Below, piece by piece: positions 8,522 through 20,003 of a stretch of DNA of 64,000 nucleotides. Within the stretch, counting starts at the first letter, position 1; each line of letters opens with the position of its first letter. The notes beneath the pieces were generated by a model. That model searched no databases and was not told the DNA's origin. It was given only the letters and a program-made list of their open reading frames with translations. Made by a program: the position numbers and the translations under genes. The DNA comes from Candidatus Sericytochromatia bacterium (lineage in GTDB: Bacteria; Cyanobacteriota; Sericytochromatia; UBA7694), in contig JBIKWL010000005.1 in assembly GCA_044356335.1 (NCBI GenBank), forward strand, positions 10,946 to 74,945. The letters are read 5' to 3'.

Positions 8522-10258
8522 ATGTCTGAAAAAACTGGATTTCTCCGCAACCTCTTCCTCGGCGATGTGATTGAAGAAGTTATTTTTCCCTTCCCCCGCA
8601 TGAAAGCCGAAGAGCAGGAAACCATTGAGATGATTTCCGCCAGCATCAAGGCCTTTGGCAAAAAAGTTAACCAAGACAAAATCGACAAAGACGAAAAACT
8701 GCCGCCTGAGCTGCTGGAAGAAATGAAAGAACTGGGTCTCTTTGGTCTGATCATCCCCGAACAGTATGATGGCATTGGCCTGAGTGTCTCTGGTTACGCG
8801 CGCGTGCTCGAAGACCTGGCTGTGCTTGGCAGCGCCGTGGCAGCTACCGTTGGGGGCCACCAGAGCATTGGCATGAAAGGCCTGCTCTTGAGTGGCAACG
8901 ATGTCCAGAAAAAGAAATATCTCTCCAAATTGGCCAGTGGTGAAATGATTGCCGCTTTCTGTTTGACCGAGCCCAATTCCGGCTCAGATGCCGCCAGCAT
9001 CCGCACCCGCGCCGTCTTGAGCGAAGATGGCAGCCACTATATCCTCAACGGCGAAAAACAATTTATCACCAACGGTGGTTTTGCCGATTTTTACACCGTC
9101 TTTGCCCAAACCAGCATTGAAGAACAGGGCGTCAAACAGGACAAAATCACGGCCTTTATTGTCACCCGCGATCTTGGCGGTGTGAGCAGTGGCCCCGAAG
9201 AGCAGAAAATGGGCTGGAAAGGTTCTTCCACCACCATGGTCTTCTTCGAAGATGTCAAAGTGCCCGTCGAAAATGTGATTGGTGAACCTGGCAAAGGCTT
9301 TAAAGTTGCCATGGAAATTCTCAACAATGGCCGTCTCAGCACCTCCACCGCCTCTTTTGGCGTGGCCAAAATGCTGATCGATATGAGCATCAAATACGCC
9401 AATGAGCGCAAACAATTTGGCAAAGAGATTGGCCAATTCGACATTATCAAAGAGAAGATCGCCAATATGTCGATGCTGGCCTATGGCATGCAGTGCCTGG
9501 GTTATATGACGGCCGGGATCGTCGATCGTGGTGTGACCGATTATTCGATCGAAGCTGCAGTCGCCAAGGTCTTCAGCACCGAAGCGCTCTGGAAAATCTG
9601 CGACGAAGCGATGCAGATCCACGGCGGCATGGGCTATATGCGCGAATTGCCGATCGAACGCTTTATGCGCGATGCCCGTCTCGGTTTGATTATTGAAGGC
9701 ACCAGCGAAATCTCCCGTGCCATGATCGCCCTCGAAGGCCTCAAAACCCTGGGCAAATTCCTGAAAAAAGCCGGTCTGCGCGGCTATGCCCAAAAAACCT
9801 TTACCCCTGCCAAAATGACCAAGGCCCACCCGATCTTCAGCAAAGAAGTCAACCTCTTTTGCAAAGGTGTCGACAAACTGAGCGCCTACGCCATGCAATT
9901 GCTGCGGGTCTACAAAAAAGACGTGATCCTGCTGCAATTGCACCAAAAGCGCATTGCCGAAGCCGTCATGGATCTCTACGTGATGTCCGCAATGCTGTCG
10001 CGCACCACGGCGTTGCTTGAAGCTGGCAAGAGCAAAGAAGAGGCCAAAACCGAGATCTACATGACCCGTTCTTACTGCCGCATGGCCTTTGAGCGGATCG
10101 AAAAGAACATGGATCAATTTGATCTCAACCACGACCATTACCTCGGACGTCTGGCCGACACCCTCTACGAAGATGGCGAGTTCGCTCCCACAATCTTTGA
10201 TCTGGGTAGCTTAGAAGATATGCCGGCCGCCAAAGAATTGGCCACCGCCACTCCCTGA
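8522..10258 (+). CDS. Long-form acyl-CoA dehydrogenase (about 580 aa)
   Basis: ACAD N-terminal, middle and C-terminal domain blocks (FCLTEPNSGSDA, GxKxFITNG, QIHGGMGY). The likely start is the ATG at 8522, 27 codons inside the listed ORF. Confidence 0.8.
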   Translation: MSEKTGFLRNLFLGDVIEEVIFPFPRMKAEEQETIEMISASIKAFGKKVNQDKIDKDEKLPPELLEEMKELGLFGLIIPEQYDGIGLSVSGYARVLEDLAVLGSAVAATVGGHQSIGMKGLLLSGNDVQKKKYLSKLASGEMIAAFCLTEPNSGSDAASIRTRAVLSEDGSHYILNGEKQFITNGGFADFYTVFAQTSIEEQGVKQDKITAFIVTRDLGGVSSGPEEQKMGWKGSSTTMVFFEDVKVPVENVIGEPGKGFKVAMEILNNGRLSTSTASFGVAKMLIDMSIKYANERKQFGKEIGQFDIIKEKIANMSMLAYGMQCLGYMTAGIVDRGVTDYSIEAAVAKVFSTEALWKICDEAMQIHGGMGYMRELPIERFMRDARLGLIIEGTSEISRAMIALEGLKTLGKFLKKAGLRGYAQKTFTPAKMTKAHPIFSKEVNLFCKGVDKLSAYAMQLLRVYKKDVILLQLHQKRIAEAVMDLYVMSAMLSRTTALLEAGKSKEEAKTEIYMTRSYCRMAFERIEKNMDQFDLNHDHYLGRLADTLYEDGEFAPTIFDLGSLEDMPAAKELATATP

Positions 10259-10320
10259 GCTTGAAAGACAGCAAGGCCCGATCTGAGATCGCCAGATCGG
10301 GCCTTTGTTATGATAAAGAG

Positions 10321-11127
10321 ATGTCTCAATTTCCACACCATCAGACCTTGATCCAAAAATTGCTCACCCAGATCCAGCCAGATCCACGGTATCTGGGTCT
10401 GGCTGCGGGGGGCTCCTGGTCTGAAAAGCGCCTCGATCAGTGGTCCGATCTGGACCTGATTCTGTTCTGTGAGCCCCAGAGCCTGCCTGCACTGCTGGGC
10501 ACACGTGTGTCACTGGCAGCTAAATTGGGAGACCTGCTTGAGAGTTTTAGCGGTCAACACCTGGGCGATGAACGCCTGTTGATCTGCCTGTATGGGGACC
10601 CCTTGATGCAGGTGGGTTTAAAATGGATCGCTTTGCCCGATTATGTGCAGCGGGTCGAAGATCCCGAATTGCTCTGGGAGCGGAATTCACAGGTATCTCA
10701 ACTCTTGAGTGAGACATCCGGTGCCTATCCACGCCCAGATCTGGCCTGGATCGAAGCGCGTTTTTGGGTTTGGGTCCATCATGGTGCCCTCAAACTGGGC
10801 CGGGGAGAACTGCTTGAGCTGGCGGATCATTTGGGTTACTTGCGCAATCAGGTGCTGGGTCCGCTCTTGCTGATGCAATATGGACATCCCCCCCGGCGGG
10901 TCCGGCGGGTGGAAACAGACTTGCCGCCCGAAGCCTTGGCCCGACTTTTACAGACCTTGGCGGCTCATGATCGTGAGGCACAAGCCGAGGCACTGAGGGC
11001 TGCTGTCAGCCTCTACCGCGATTTACGTGTGTTCCACGGTTTGCCTGTCCAAGCCTGGAACCAGCAGGCAGAAAAAGCCGTGATGGAATTTTTCGAGGCC
11101 GTTCGCGGAAATAGGCCTGTGTTATAA
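10321..11127 (+). CDS. Nucleotidyltransferase (Pol-beta superfamily, ANT(6)/AadK-like)
   Basis: GGSWSEKRLDQWSDLDLILF matches the NTase GS...DxD signature. The length is about 270 aa. Confidence 0.5.
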   Translation: MSQFPHHQTLIQKLLTQIQPDPRYLGLAAGGSWSEKRLDQWSDLDLILFCEPQSLPALLGTRVSLAAKLGDLLESFSGQHLGDERLLICLYGDPLMQVGLKWIALPDYVQRVEDPELLWERNSQVSQLLSETSGAYPRPDLAWIEARFWVWVHHGALKLGRGELLELADHLGYLRNQVLGPLLLMQYGHPPRRVRRVETDLPPEALARLLQTLAAHDREAQAEALRAAVSLYRDLRVFHGLPVQAWNQQAEKAVMEFFEAVRGNRPVL

Positions 11128-11161
11128 TTGCCGGAGACTTCTGAAATAACGCGAAATAGAT

Positions 11162-11539
11162 ATGTATAATAACAAAACCAAATCCAAAGCCCTTTTGAGT
11201 GATGCTGATGTATCATCCCATCTTGAGGCGCTTGTTGAATTACTTGAAGAGAAAAAAGCGATTGATCTGGCCAGTTTAGATCTGCGCCAACGCTCCACCG
11301 TTGCCGATTATTTTGTGGTGGGTGGCGCCAACTCACGTCCCCACGGCCAAGCATTGGTGGGAACCGTGCACCAATATGCCAAAGAGAAAGATTTACAGGT
11401 TTACAGCCTGGAAGGCCAAGGTGACGGCACCTGGATCTTGATCGATCTGGGCTTTCTCGTGGTACATATCATGCAAGAAGAGGAACGCCGTTTTTACAAT
11501 CTGGAAGAGCTGTGGAGCCATGCAGAAGCAAGCCATTAA
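11162..11539 (+). CDS. rsfS: Ribosome silencing factor RsfS (Iojap)
   Basis: DUF143-like blocks (DYFVV, WILIDLGFLVVHIM, RRFYNLEELW). Confidence 0.8.
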   Translation: MYNNKTKSKALLSDADVSSHLEALVELLEEKKAIDLASLDLRQRSTVADYFVVGGANSRPHGQALVGTVHQYAKEKDLQVYSLEGQGDGTWILIDLGFLVVHIMQEEERRFYNLEELWSHAEASH

Positions 11540-11999
11540 AGCAGGTTTTAAACGAGCCCACCAACAGGGGATGACGATCTATGAAATCCTGACGGTGTGC
11601 GTTATTATCTCTGTTCTGGTCATGATTGCTGTGCCCAATTTTATTGCCAATAAAGATCGGGCCAACGACTCCCAAATCGAAAGTAACGCACGTACACTGC
11701 GAATTATGCTTGAAACCTACAAAGTAGATCACAAGCTCTATCCTGAAGATCTGCGTACATTGGGCTACGAAGCCACCCAAGAAAAATACAACAAAGCCAT
11801 GACCAACCCCTATAGCCAAGCCAGTGGCGAAGTGGAAAGCGGCAAATGGGCGATTGACTATGTTGGCCCCACCGGCCCAGCGGGTATGGTCACTTATCAA
11901 CCTTTGGCTGGGGGCGATAAATATTATATTTTTGGCTATGCCAAAGACGGCTCTTTTCACAAAAAGAGCGGTAAAATTTTCACCATGAGCAATGGCTAA
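11520..11999 (+). CDS. Prepilin-type N-terminal cleavage/methylation domain protein (type IV pilin-like or pseudopilin)
   Basis: Leader ending in G followed by MTIYEILTVCVIISVLVMIAVPNF, with Glu at +5 and a hydrophobic helix. The start overlaps the rsfS end by 20 bp. Confidence 0.6.
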   Translation: MQKQAIKAGFKRAHQQGMTIYEILTVCVIISVLVMIAVPNFIANKDRANDSQIESNARTLRIMLETYKVDHKLYPEDLRTLGYEATQEKYNKAMTNPYSQASGEVESGKWAIDYVGPTGPAGMVTYQPLAGGDKYYIFGYAKDGSFHKKSGKIFTMSNG

Positions 12000-12039
12000 C
12001 TGAGCAATAGCTAAACAAAGACAATAAGGGAAAACAGAG

Positions 12040-12588
12040 ATGGCAGAACGCAGCTACCGCCGCACCCAGTATTTTGTCAAACCGGATTTACAAACCAAAT
12101 ATGCCTTTATGTTTGTACTGGCCATTGGGGTGGGCCTCAATTTGGGAGTCATTCTGGCGCTATTGGCTCCGATGCTCAAAAATGACTCACCGGTTTTTCC
12201 TTTGCTCTATTTGCTCTTGGCCCTCTCATTTGTCGTGCTCGTAGCGGGTATCAGCATTCTCTTTACCCATAAAATCGCCGGGCCGATCTTCAAGATCGAG
12301 CGCAGTTTTCGCCAGATCATCGACGAAAAAGATCTGAGCTTGCGTGTCTTTTTGCGCACGGATGACGAGCTGCAGGAATTGGCTGAAGAGATCAACCGTT
12401 TACTGGAACATTTCCGCAACAGCCTCTTACTCGAAAACCAAAAAAGTGACGCTCTATTGGCCAAACTTGACTATGTACTGGCCAATCTGGAGGGCGAAAA
12501 TGCCCTGCCCGCAGCGGAGATCCAAGAGCGTTTGGCCGATCTACGCCAAAAACTCGAGGATACGGGCCTAAAATACAAACTCAGGTAG
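12040..12588 (+). CDS. Small membrane protein with two TM helices and a HAMP-like coiled-coil domain
   Basis: Two hydrophobic segments followed by the HAMP-like AGPIFKIERSFRQIIDEKDLSLRV...LQELAEEINRLLE. Confidence 0.45.
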   Translation: MAERSYRRTQYFVKPDLQTKYAFMFVLAIGVGLNLGVILALLAPMLKNDSPVFPLLYLLLALSFVVLVAGISILFTHKIAGPIFKIERSFRQIIDEKDLSLRVFLRTDDELQELAEEINRLLEHFRNSLLLENQKSDALLAKLDYVLANLEGENALPAAEIQERLADLRQKLEDTGLKYKLR

Positions 12589-12633
12589 TCAGATCCCGAT
12601 CCCGTTCAAAACTGGATTTATTTTTCTAAACCC

Positions 12634-12661
12634 TTGTCAAGGCCGTCGTTTTCCTATAAAT
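12634..12661 (+). promoter_or_regulatory. Candidate sigma70-type promoter for the str operon (TTGTCA-N15/16-TATAAAT)
   Basis: Hexamers seen about 240 bp upstream of rpsL. The rpsL gene uses a TTG start with the GAGGAGGG RBS at about 12884. Confidence 0.25.
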
Positions 12662-12900
12662 TAGGAAGTCTTGGGGACTTCTTGGAATGACTCCGGTAAA
12701 AATGGGGTGCTTTTTGACCGCTTGGTCTGAGATGTAACTCACATCTGACTCTCATCTGGCTCAGATTTTTCCCGCAAAGCCGCTGAATATGGTAGACATC
12801 GCCCCAATCTATTGCTATACTTTGTTTCCTGAAATACCATTTTCATTATTCCGATTTATCCTGAATTTAAAGCTTGTAAACCAGTTGAGGAGGGATTCTC

Positions 12901-13299
12901 TTGCCTACGATCAATCAGTTAATCCGGAAACCTAGAAAAGCCGTGACTTATAAATCCAAGTCACCCGCTTTGAAACAATGCCCTCAGCGCAGAGGGGTTT
13001 GTACCCGTGTTTTTACCATGACACCGAAAAAACCGAACTCCGCCCTGCGCAAAGTGGCCCGTGTTCGTCTGACCAGCAAAATTGAAGTAACCGCTTATAT
13101 TCCTGGTATTGGCCACAACCTGCAGGAGCACTCTGTTGTGCTGATCCGCGGCGGCCGTGTCAAAGACTTGCCCGGTGTGCGTTACCACGTGGTTCGCGGC
13201 ACCCTGGATACAGGTGGTGCCGTCAACAGAGCCCAAGGACGCTCCAAATATGGCGCTAAACCGCCTAAGAAATCCAAAACAGTAGCGAAGAAAAAGTAG
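12901..13299 (+). CDS. rpsL: 30S ribosomal protein S12
   Basis: Canonical S12 sequence ([28 protein letters not shown]). TTG start. Confidence 0.95.
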   Translation: MPTINQLIRKPRKAVTYKSKSPALKQCPQRRGVCTRVFTMTPKKPNSALRKVARVRLTSKIEVTAYIPGIGHNLQEHSVVLIRGGRVKDLPGVRYHVVRGTLDTGGAVNRAQGRSKYGAKPPKKSKTVAKKK

Positions 13300-13314
13300 T
13301 GAAAAGGTGATCCT

Positions 13315-13785
13315 ATGCCCAGAAGAGCGAAAATCAAAAAGCGGATTCCAGCACCCGATGCCGTATACCGCAGTGAAATTCTTTCTAAATTTGTCAATTG
13401 CATGATGATGCGCGGCAAGAAGACCGTGGCTGAAAACATTGTTTATAAAGCCCTCGGTCGTGCTGAAGAAAAACTGAAAAAACCTGGCATTGAAATCTTC
13501 GAACAGGCACTTAAAAACGTGCGTCCAGTGATCGAAGTGAAACCCCGCCGTGTCGGTGGCGCTACTTATCAGGTTCCTGTTGAAGTAACCGACGAGCGCG
13601 GTATCGCTCTGGCGCTGCGCTGGGTCATCAAACACGCCCGCGCCCGCAATGGCAAATCCATGATTGAGCAGCTGTCGTCTGAACTCACGGATGCCTATAA
13701 CAATACCGGCGCCAGTGTCAAGAAGCGCGAAGACACACACAAAATGGCCGATGCCAATCGGGCTTTCGCGCATTACCGCTATTAA
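13315..13785 (+). CDS. rpsG: 30S ribosomal protein S7
   Basis: Canonical S7 sequence. Confidence 0.95.
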   Translation: MPRRAKIKKRIPAPDAVYRSEILSKFVNCMMMRGKKTVAENIVYKALGRAEEKLKKPGIEIFEQALKNVRPVIEVKPRRVGGATYQVPVEVTDERGIALALRWVIKHARARNGKSMIEQLSSELTDAYNNTGASVKKREDTHKMADANRAFAHYRY

Positions 13786-13797
13786 AGGATACAGATT

Positions 13798-15897
13798 ATG
13801 TCTAGGAAAGTAAAAATTGAAACCGTCCGCAATATTGGCATTGTTGCCCATATTGATGCCGGTAAAACCACCACGACAGAGCGCATTCTGTACTACACCG
13901 GCATGGTTCACAAGATCGGTGAAGTACACGACGGCACCGCCGTGACCGACTACATGGTACAAGAGCGCGAACGTGGGATCACCATCACCTCAGCTGCCAT
14001 TACCTCCGAATGGAAAAACCACCGGATCAATATCATTGATACCCCTGGTCACGTGGACTTCACCGTTGAAGTAGAGCGCTCTTTGCGCGTACTTGATGGC
14101 ATGGTCGGCGTCATTTGCGCAGTGGCCGGTGTACAGCCCCAGTCTGAAACCGTCTGGCGCCAAGCCAACCGTTACAAAGTTCCCCGTATTGCCTTCGTCA
14201 ACAAAATGGATCGTCCAGGCGCCAACTTCGTTCGTGCCTTCGAAAAAGTGCGTGAGCGCTTGAATGACCGTGCGATTCCCGCCCAATTGCCCATCTTCCA
14301 AAACGAAGAGTTCTTTGGCATCATCGATTTGATCACCGAAAAAGCCTACGGTTATTTTGATGACCTCGGTGAAGATATCCGTGAGATTCCCATTCCCGAT
14401 GATATGCTCAAAGATGTGGAAAAATACCGCGAAGAGTTGATCGAAGCAGCCTCCGAAATGGATGACGAGCTGATCAACAAATACCTCGAAGGTGAAGCCA
14501 TCGGCATTGATGAACTCAAAGCCGCAATCCGCAAATCTGTCATTGCCACCAAGATGACCCCCGTTTTCTGTGGCACCGCTTTTAAAAACAAAGGGGTTCA
14601 GCTCCTGCTGGATGCGGTTCTGGATTATCTGCCTTCTCCCAGCGATGTCGCTCCCGTCAAAGACATGTCCAAAGAAGACGAAGAAGTTTTGCTCTATCCC
14701 AAAGATGACGAGCCCTTCTCTGCCTTGGCCTTTAAGATCATCACTGATCCCTTTATTGGCAAACTGACCTTTATCCGTTGCTATTCTGGCACTCTGGAAA
14801 AAGGCAGCTATGTCTACAACTCCACCAAAGGCAGTAAAGAGCGTATCTCCCGTCTGGTTCAGATGCGTGCCGATCAGCGTCTCGAAATCGATGCCGTGTA
14901 TGCAGGCGATTTGGCAGCTGCCATCGGTCTGCGCAACACCACCACCGGTGACACCCTCTGTACGGAAGACAAGCCCGTGATTCTGGAGAGCATGGTCTTC
15001 CCCGAACCTGTGGTTTCTGTGGCCGTTGAGCCCAAGACCCAAGCCGACCGCGACAAGCTCTCTGCAGCTCTGGGCCGTCTGGCTGAAGAAGATCCCACTT
15101 TCCGCGTGAAAGTGGACCATGAGACCGGCGAAACGATTATTTCCGGCATGGGTGAATTGCACCTCGAGATTATCGCTGACCGTCTGGTTCGCGAATTCAA
15201 CGTCGGCTGTAATGTTGGTAAACCTCAGATTTCTTACCGCGAAACCATTCGCAACAAGATTGAAAACGAGACCAAGTTTATCAAACAATCCGGCGGTCGC
15301 GGTCAATATGCACATATCCGTGTTCGTATGGAACCCCTTCCCGCTGATTCAGATGAGTCATTTATCTTCGTCAGCGAAGTCGTCGGGGGTGTTATTCCCA
15401 AAGAATACATTCCTGCCGTTGAAGGTGGCATGCGTGATGCCATGACCTCAGGCGTCGTTGCTGGTTTCCCTGCAATTGGCATCAAAGTGACCCTGTACGA
15501 TGGTTCTTATCACGAAGTTGACTCTTCTGATATGGCCTTCCGGATCGCTGGTTCAATGGGCTTCAAAGAATCTATGCGCAAAGCCAACCCCTATCTGTTG
15601 GAACCCCGCATGAGCCTCGAAGTTATTGTGCCCGAAAATAATATGGGTGACGTCATGGGCGACCTTCAAGGCCGTCGTCGTGGCGAACTCAAGAGCATGG
15701 AAGCCGAAGATGGTGGCCTCCAGAAAATTCATGCATCTGTTCCCTTGGCCGAAATGTTCGGCTACGCAACCGATGTACGGTCCATGACACAAGGCCGTGG
15801 GACCTTCAGTATGGAGTTCTCACACTATGCCGAAGTACCTAAGAACGTGGCCGAAGCCGTAGTGTATCAATCTGGCGCTGCTAAAGCAAAGGCATAG
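13798..15897 (+). CDS. fusA: Elongation factor G
   Basis: [10 protein letters not shown]-domain and full-length collinearity with EF-G. Confidence 0.95.
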   Translation: MSRKVKIETVRNIGIVAHIDAGKTTTTERILYYTGMVHKIGEVHDGTAVTDYMVQERERGITITSAAITSEWKNHRINIIDTPGHVDFTVEVERSLRVLDGMVGVICAVAGVQPQSETVWRQANRYKVPRIAFVNKMDRPGANFVRAFEKVRERLNDRAIPAQLPIFQNEEFFGIIDLITEKAYGYFDDLGEDIREIPIPDDMLKDVEKYREELIEAASEMDDELINKYLEGEAIGIDELKAAIRKSVIATKMTPVFCGTAFKNKGVQLLLDAVLDYLPSPSDVAPVKDMSKEDEEVLLYPKDDEPFSALAFKIITDPFIGKLTFIRCYSGTLEKGSYVYNSTKGSKERISRLVQMRADQRLEIDAVYAGDLAAAIGLRNTTTGDTLCTEDKPVILESMVFPEPVVSVAVEPKTQADRDKLSAALGRLAEEDPTFRVKVDHETGETIISGMGELHLEIIADRLVREFNVGCNVGKPQISYRETIRNKIENETKFIKQSGGRGQYAHIRVRMEPLPADSDESFIFVSEVVGGVIPKEYIPAVEGGMRDAMTSGVVAGFPAIGIKVTLYDGSYHEVDSSDMAFRIAGSMGFKESMRKANPYLLEPRMSLEVIVPENNMGDVMGDLQGRRRGELKSMEAEDGGLQKIHASVPLAEMFGYATDVRSMTQGRGTFSMEFSHYAEVPKNVAEAVVYQSGAAKAKA

Positions 15898-15905
15898 ATA
15901 TGCTA

Positions 15906-15950
15906 TAGACACTTGGCCTAAGATTGATTAAAATTGATCTTAGGCCAAGT
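15906..15950 (+). terminator. Perfect 13-bp-stem palindrome between fusA and tuf; candidate attenuator or partial terminator
   Basis: acttggcctaaga-N-tcttaggccaagt, with no strong T-tract. Confidence 0.3.
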
Positions 15951-16001
15951 TAAATATAAGTTAACCCAATCAAAATTATATTGTGACCTAGGAGATTCAG
16001 T

Positions 16002-17234
16002 ATGGCGAGAGAAAAATTTGAACGAAATAAACCGCACGTCAATATCGGCACAATTGGCCACGTTGACCACGGTAAAACAACCCTGACTGCAGCTATTACC
16101 ATGACATTGGCAGCAGCCGGTGGTGGTCTGGCTCGTGGCTACGACCAAATTGACAATGCCCCCGAAGAAAAAGCCCGTGGTATTACCATTAATACCAGCC
16201 ACGTGGAATATGAAACCACAAAACGGCACTATGCTCACGTGGACTGCCCTGGCCACGCTGACTACATCAAGAACATGATTACTGGTGCAGCTCAGATGGA
16301 CGGCGCTATCTTGGTTGTGTCTGCAGCTGACGGCCCCATGCCCCAGACCCGCGAACATATCCTCTTGGCCCGCCAGGTAGGCGTTCCCAGCATGGTTTGC
16401 TTCCTCAACAAGATCGACCAGGTAGATGACCCTGAGCTGATCGAGTTGGTTGAAATGGAACTGCGCGAACTGTTGACCGAATATGACTTCCCCGGCGATG
16501 ATATCCCCATCGTAGCTGGTTCTGGCTTTAAAGCCATGGAAGCCATGACTGGCAACCCCAAAACCCAACGCGGTGAAAACGAATGGGTCGACAAAGTCTG
16601 GGCCCTGATGGACGCCGTTGACTCTTACATTCCCGATCCCGCCCGTGACGTCGACAAACCCCTGCTGATGGCAGTGGAAGATGTCTTCACCATCACTGGT
16701 CGTGGTACCGTAGCAACTGGCCGTATTGAACGCGGTCGCTGCAAAGTCGGTGAAGAAGTTGAAATCGTCGGTCTCGGCGATACCCGTAAAACAGTTGTAA
16801 CCGGTGTGGAAATGTTCCGCAAAACCCTGGACGAAGGTCTGGCTGGTGACAACGTGGGTATCCTGATGCGCGGTATCAGCAAAGATGACGTGGAGCGCGG
16901 CCAGGTTGTTGCTAAACCCGGTTCAATCAAGCCCCACAATCACTTCAATGCACAGGTTTACGTCTTGAAGAAAGAGGAAGGTGGCCGTCACACCCCCTTC
17001 TTCCCTGGCTATCGTCCTCAGTTCTATGTCCGTACCACCGACGTAACCGGCGAGTGCAAACTCCCCGAAGGCGTAGAGATGGTCATGCCTGGCGACAATA
17101 TCGGAATGGTAGTTGTCCTGCAGAAGCCGGTCGCTATCGAAGAAGGGATGCGTTTCGCGATTCGTGAAGGTGGCCGTACGGTCGGTTCAGGCGTCGTAAG
17201 CAAAATCCTGGAAGACATTAAAGAAGAAGAATAA
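16002..17234 (+). CDS. tuf: Elongation factor Tu
   Basis: [10 protein letters not shown] and canonical EF-Tu sequence throughout. Confidence 0.97.
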   Translation: MAREKFERNKPHVNIGTIGHVDHGKTTLTAAITMTLAAAGGGLARGYDQIDNAPEEKARGITINTSHVEYETTKRHYAHVDCPGHADYIKNMITGAAQMDGAILVVSAADGPMPQTREHILLARQVGVPSMVCFLNKIDQVDDPELIELVEMELRELLTEYDFPGDDIPIVAGSGFKAMEAMTGNPKTQRGENEWVDKVWALMDAVDSYIPDPARDVDKPLLMAVEDVFTITGRGTVATGRIERGRCKVGEEVEIVGLGDTRKTVVTGVEMFRKTLDEGLAGDNVGILMRGISKDDVERGQVVAKPGSIKPHNHFNAQVYVLKKEEGGRHTPFFPGYRPQFYVRTTDVTGECKLPEGVEMVMPGDNIGMVVVLQKPVAIEEGMRFAIREGGRTVGSGVVSKILEDIKEEE

Positions 17235-17245
17235 GGATTGTTAGT

Positions 17246-17554
17246 ATGGCTGGTCAAAAAATCAGAATTAGGTTAAAGTCCTACGATCATCGTTTGCTGG
17301 ATGAGTCCGCTCGTCGCATTGTGGACACAGCTCGCCGTACCGACGCCAAGGTGGTAGGTCCGGTCCCGCTGCCGATTCGCAAGCACATTTTTTGTGTGCT
17401 TCGTTCTCCACACGTGGATAAAAAATCTCGGGAACATTTCGAGATTCGCACCCACAAGCGCTTGCTGGATATTCTGGAACCCTCCACGAAGACGGTTGAT
17501 GCGCTGATGCACATGGACCTGCCTGCTGGCGTCGATATTGAAGTAAAGCTGTAG
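17246..17554 (+). CDS. rpsJ: 30S ribosomal protein S10
   Basis: Canonical S10 sequence, 11 bp after tuf. Confidence 0.95.
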   Translation: MAGQKIRIRLKSYDHRLLDESARRIVDTARRTDAKVVGPVPLPIRKHIFCVLRSPHVDKKSREHFEIRTHKRLLDILEPSTKTVDALMHMDLPAGVDIEVKL

Positions 17555-17600
17555 TCCAGACTACAGTTGCAAAAGAAGAAAGTAAGGAGACATAACCCCG

Positions 17601-18245
17601 ATGAGTTCTACTGTAGGACTTATAGGTACCAAACTGGGGATGACACATGTCTTCGATGAAACGGGAAACAGTGTGCCGGTTACGGTTATCCAAGCCGGCC
17701 CCTGTCCGATCGTCCAGATCAAAAAGCCGGATACCGATGGGTATTCGGCTTTGCAAGTCGGATTTTCGCCTGTTCCGAAGCACCGTGTGAGCAAACCACA
17801 GCAAGGTCATTTTAAAAAAGCGGGTGTCCATACAACTCGACGCCTGGTTGAATTCCGCCTCCAAAGCATTGAAGGTTTTGAAGTTGGCAGCGAGCTGACC
17901 GTTGGTCAGTTTGAAGCCGGTCAATCCGTCAACGTTCAAGGCCGCCAGATTGGCAAGGGCTTTATGGGTGCCACCAAACGCCACCACTTCGGTCGTGGTC
18001 CGATGAGTCACGGTTCTAAATCGCACCGCATCCCCGGTTCGATTGGTGCCGGTACCACCCCTGGCCGTGTTTACAAAGGTGTCAAAATGTCTGGTCGCAA
18101 ACCCAATAAGGTCACGACTGTTAAACATATTGAAATCGTCAAAGTAGACGCCGAACGCAATCTGTTGCTGGTCAAAGGTTCGATCCCCGGTTCGACCGGA
18201 GCCCAGGTTAAAATTGTACCCGTTAAATTAGGAGGACAGCCCTGA
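17601..18245 (+). CDS. rplC: 50S ribosomal protein L3
   Basis: Canonical L3 sequence. Confidence 0.95.
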   Translation: MSSTVGLIGTKLGMTHVFDETGNSVPVTVIQAGPCPIVQIKKPDTDGYSALQVGFSPVPKHRVSKPQQGHFKKAGVHTTRRLVEFRLQSIEGFEVGSELTVGQFEAGQSVNVQGRQIGKGFMGATKRHHFGRGPMSHGSKSHRIPGSIGAGTTPGRVYKGVKMSGRKPNKVTTVKHIEIVKVDAERNLLLVKGSIPGSTGAQVKIVPVKLGGQP

Positions 18246-18856
18246 TGTCAGCACTTAAAAAGTATGATGGTCAAGGATTTGGCAGCATTGAAGCCACAGA
18301 TCTGCTCTGGGGCGCTGAGCCCAATACCGATTTGATGCACATGGCTGCTGTCCGCCAGTTGAACAATGCCCGTGTAGGCACTGCCTGCACCAAAACCCGT
18401 ATGGAAGTTGCCGGCGGCGGCAGAAAGCCCTGGAAACAAAAAGGCACAGGCCGCGCACGCGCTGGCAGCCGTACCTCGTCAATTTGGCGTGGGGGCGGTG
18501 TATCTTTTGGTCCTAAACCCCGCAGCTTTGCAACCAGCCTGAACCGCAAAATGGCGGCCCGTGCATTGAGTTCTGCCCTGTCCGCCCAGCGTGAACAGGT
18601 AGTGGTTGTCTCTGATTCGCTTTTGAATCTGAACAAAACCGCCGAATTCATCGCTCTGCTCGGCAAAATGGGTCTGGCTAATCAGAAAGTTTTGGTGGTA
18701 GCTGATTACAATGAAGCCCTCCACCGTGTGACCCGCAACCTCCGTCAGGTGTCTGTGGTGAGCCCCAAAAACGTAGGTGTGGTCGATGTACTCGATCATC
18801 AAGCCCTCGTGATTGCTGAAGGCTCACTGTCATTACTCGAAGGAAGGTTTGTATAA
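18245..18856 (+). CDS. rplD: 50S ribosomal protein L4
   Basis: Canonical L4 sequence. Confidence 0.93.
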   Translation: MSALKKYDGQGFGSIEATDLLWGAEPNTDLMHMAAVRQLNNARVGTACTKTRMEVAGGGRKPWKQKGTGRARAGSRTSSIWRGGGVSFGPKPRSFATSLNRKMAARALSSALSAQREQVVVVSDSLLNLNKTAEFIALLGKMGLANQKVLVVADYNEALHRVTRNLRQVSVVSPKNVGVVDVLDHQALVIAEGSLSLLEGRFV

Positions 18857-19134
18857 TGGATCCTTATACAATTGTGAAGTATCCCCTGATCACTGAAAAA
18901 TCCACCCTTTTGGGTGCAGACAATCAGTACGTCTTTGAAGTGGATACAAAAGCAAATAAAGTTGAGATTGCCAAAGCCGTCGCAACCATTTTTAAAGTGG
19001 AAGTTGATAAGGTACGCACCCTCAATGTGAAGCCGGAGCAACGGGCCTTCGGGAGCCGTGCACGCAAGCGGAAACTCCGCAAAAAAGCAATTGTGACCCT
19101 CAAAGCCGGTCACAAAATTGATCTCGCTATTTAA
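18856..19134 (+). CDS. rplW: 50S ribosomal protein L23
   Basis: Canonical L23 sequence. Confidence 0.93.
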   Translation: MDPYTIVKYPLITEKSTLLGADNQYVFEVDTKANKVEIAKAVATIFKVEVDKVRTLNVKPEQRAFGSRARKRKLRKKAIVTLKAGHKIDLAI

Positions 19135-19151
19135 GAAAGTGGTGAAACACT

Positions 19152-19988
19152 ATGGGTATTCGAGTTTTAAAACCAACAACCGCCGGCCAGCGCAATATGA
19201 GTCGGCTTACATATGAGGAAATCACTACCTCTACGCCCGAAAAATCACTGCTGGCACCCCTGAAGAAAACAGGTGGTCGCAACAATACCGGACGGATTAC
19301 ATCCCGTTTCCGGGGAGGCGGCCACAAACGTCACTACCGTTTGATTGATTTTAAGCGCAACAAAGAGAGTGTACCGGCCAAAGTGGCAACGATCGAATAC
19401 GATCCCAACCGCACGGCCAATATTGCTCTGCTTCACTATGCAGATGGTGAAAAGCGCTATATCTTGGCCCCCCAGGGTCTGCAAGTCGGTGATGAAATTT
19501 TAGCTGGTGAAGGGGCCGATATTAAACCCGGTCACGCCATGCAGCTGAAAGATATTCCTCTGGGTACAGTGATTCATAACGTGGAACTCCAGCCCGGTCG
19601 GGGCGGACAGTTGGCCCGTGCGGCCGGCACATCTGCTCAGCTCGTGGCCAAGGACGGTGAATACGTTCAAATCAAGCTGCCTTCTGGTGAAGTGCGTATG
19701 GTTTCCAGAAATTGCCGGGCTACCATTGGTGCTCTGGGCAATGCGGATTTCAAAAACGTTTCGATAGGTAAAGCCGGTCGCAAACGTCACATGGGCCGTC
19801 GGCCTCATAACCGCGGCGTGGTAATGAACCCCTGCGATCACCCCCATGGTGGTGGTGAAGGCAAAGCTCCCGTTGGGGGCAAGGCACAGACTCCTTGGGG
19901 TCAGCCTGCAATGGGTTTCCGTACCCGCAAGAAAAAACCGAGCGATCGCTTCATTACTCAGAAGCGCGTCAGCCGCAATGCACGATAA
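19152..19988 (+). CDS. rplB: 50S ribosomal protein L2
   Basis: Canonical L2 sequence. Confidence 0.95.
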   Translation: MGIRVLKPTTAGQRNMSRLTYEEITTSTPEKSLLAPLKKTGGRNNTGRITSRFRGGGHKRHYRLIDFKRNKESVPAKVATIEYDPNRTANIALLHYADGEKRYILAPQGLQVGDEILAGEGADIKPGHAMQLKDIPLGTVIHNVELQPGRGGQLARAAGTSAQLVAKDGEYVQIKLPSGEVRMVSRNCRATIGALGNADFKNVSIGKAGRKRHMGRRPHNRGVVMNPCDHPHGGGEGKAPVGGKAQTPWGQPAMGFRTRKKKPSDRFITQKRVSRNAR

Positions 19989-20003
19989 AGGAGACAGCGA
20001 CGA

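Noticed and set aside
12961-15315. Long antisense ORFs inside rpsL, rpsG and fusA: 333 aa at 12961-13962 and 441 aa at 13990-15315, both on the - strand
   Set aside because: They lie entirely inside highly conserved ribosomal and EF-G coding sequence on the opposite strand. They are open reading frames of the kind that GC-rich DNA produces. They have no recognisable protein features.
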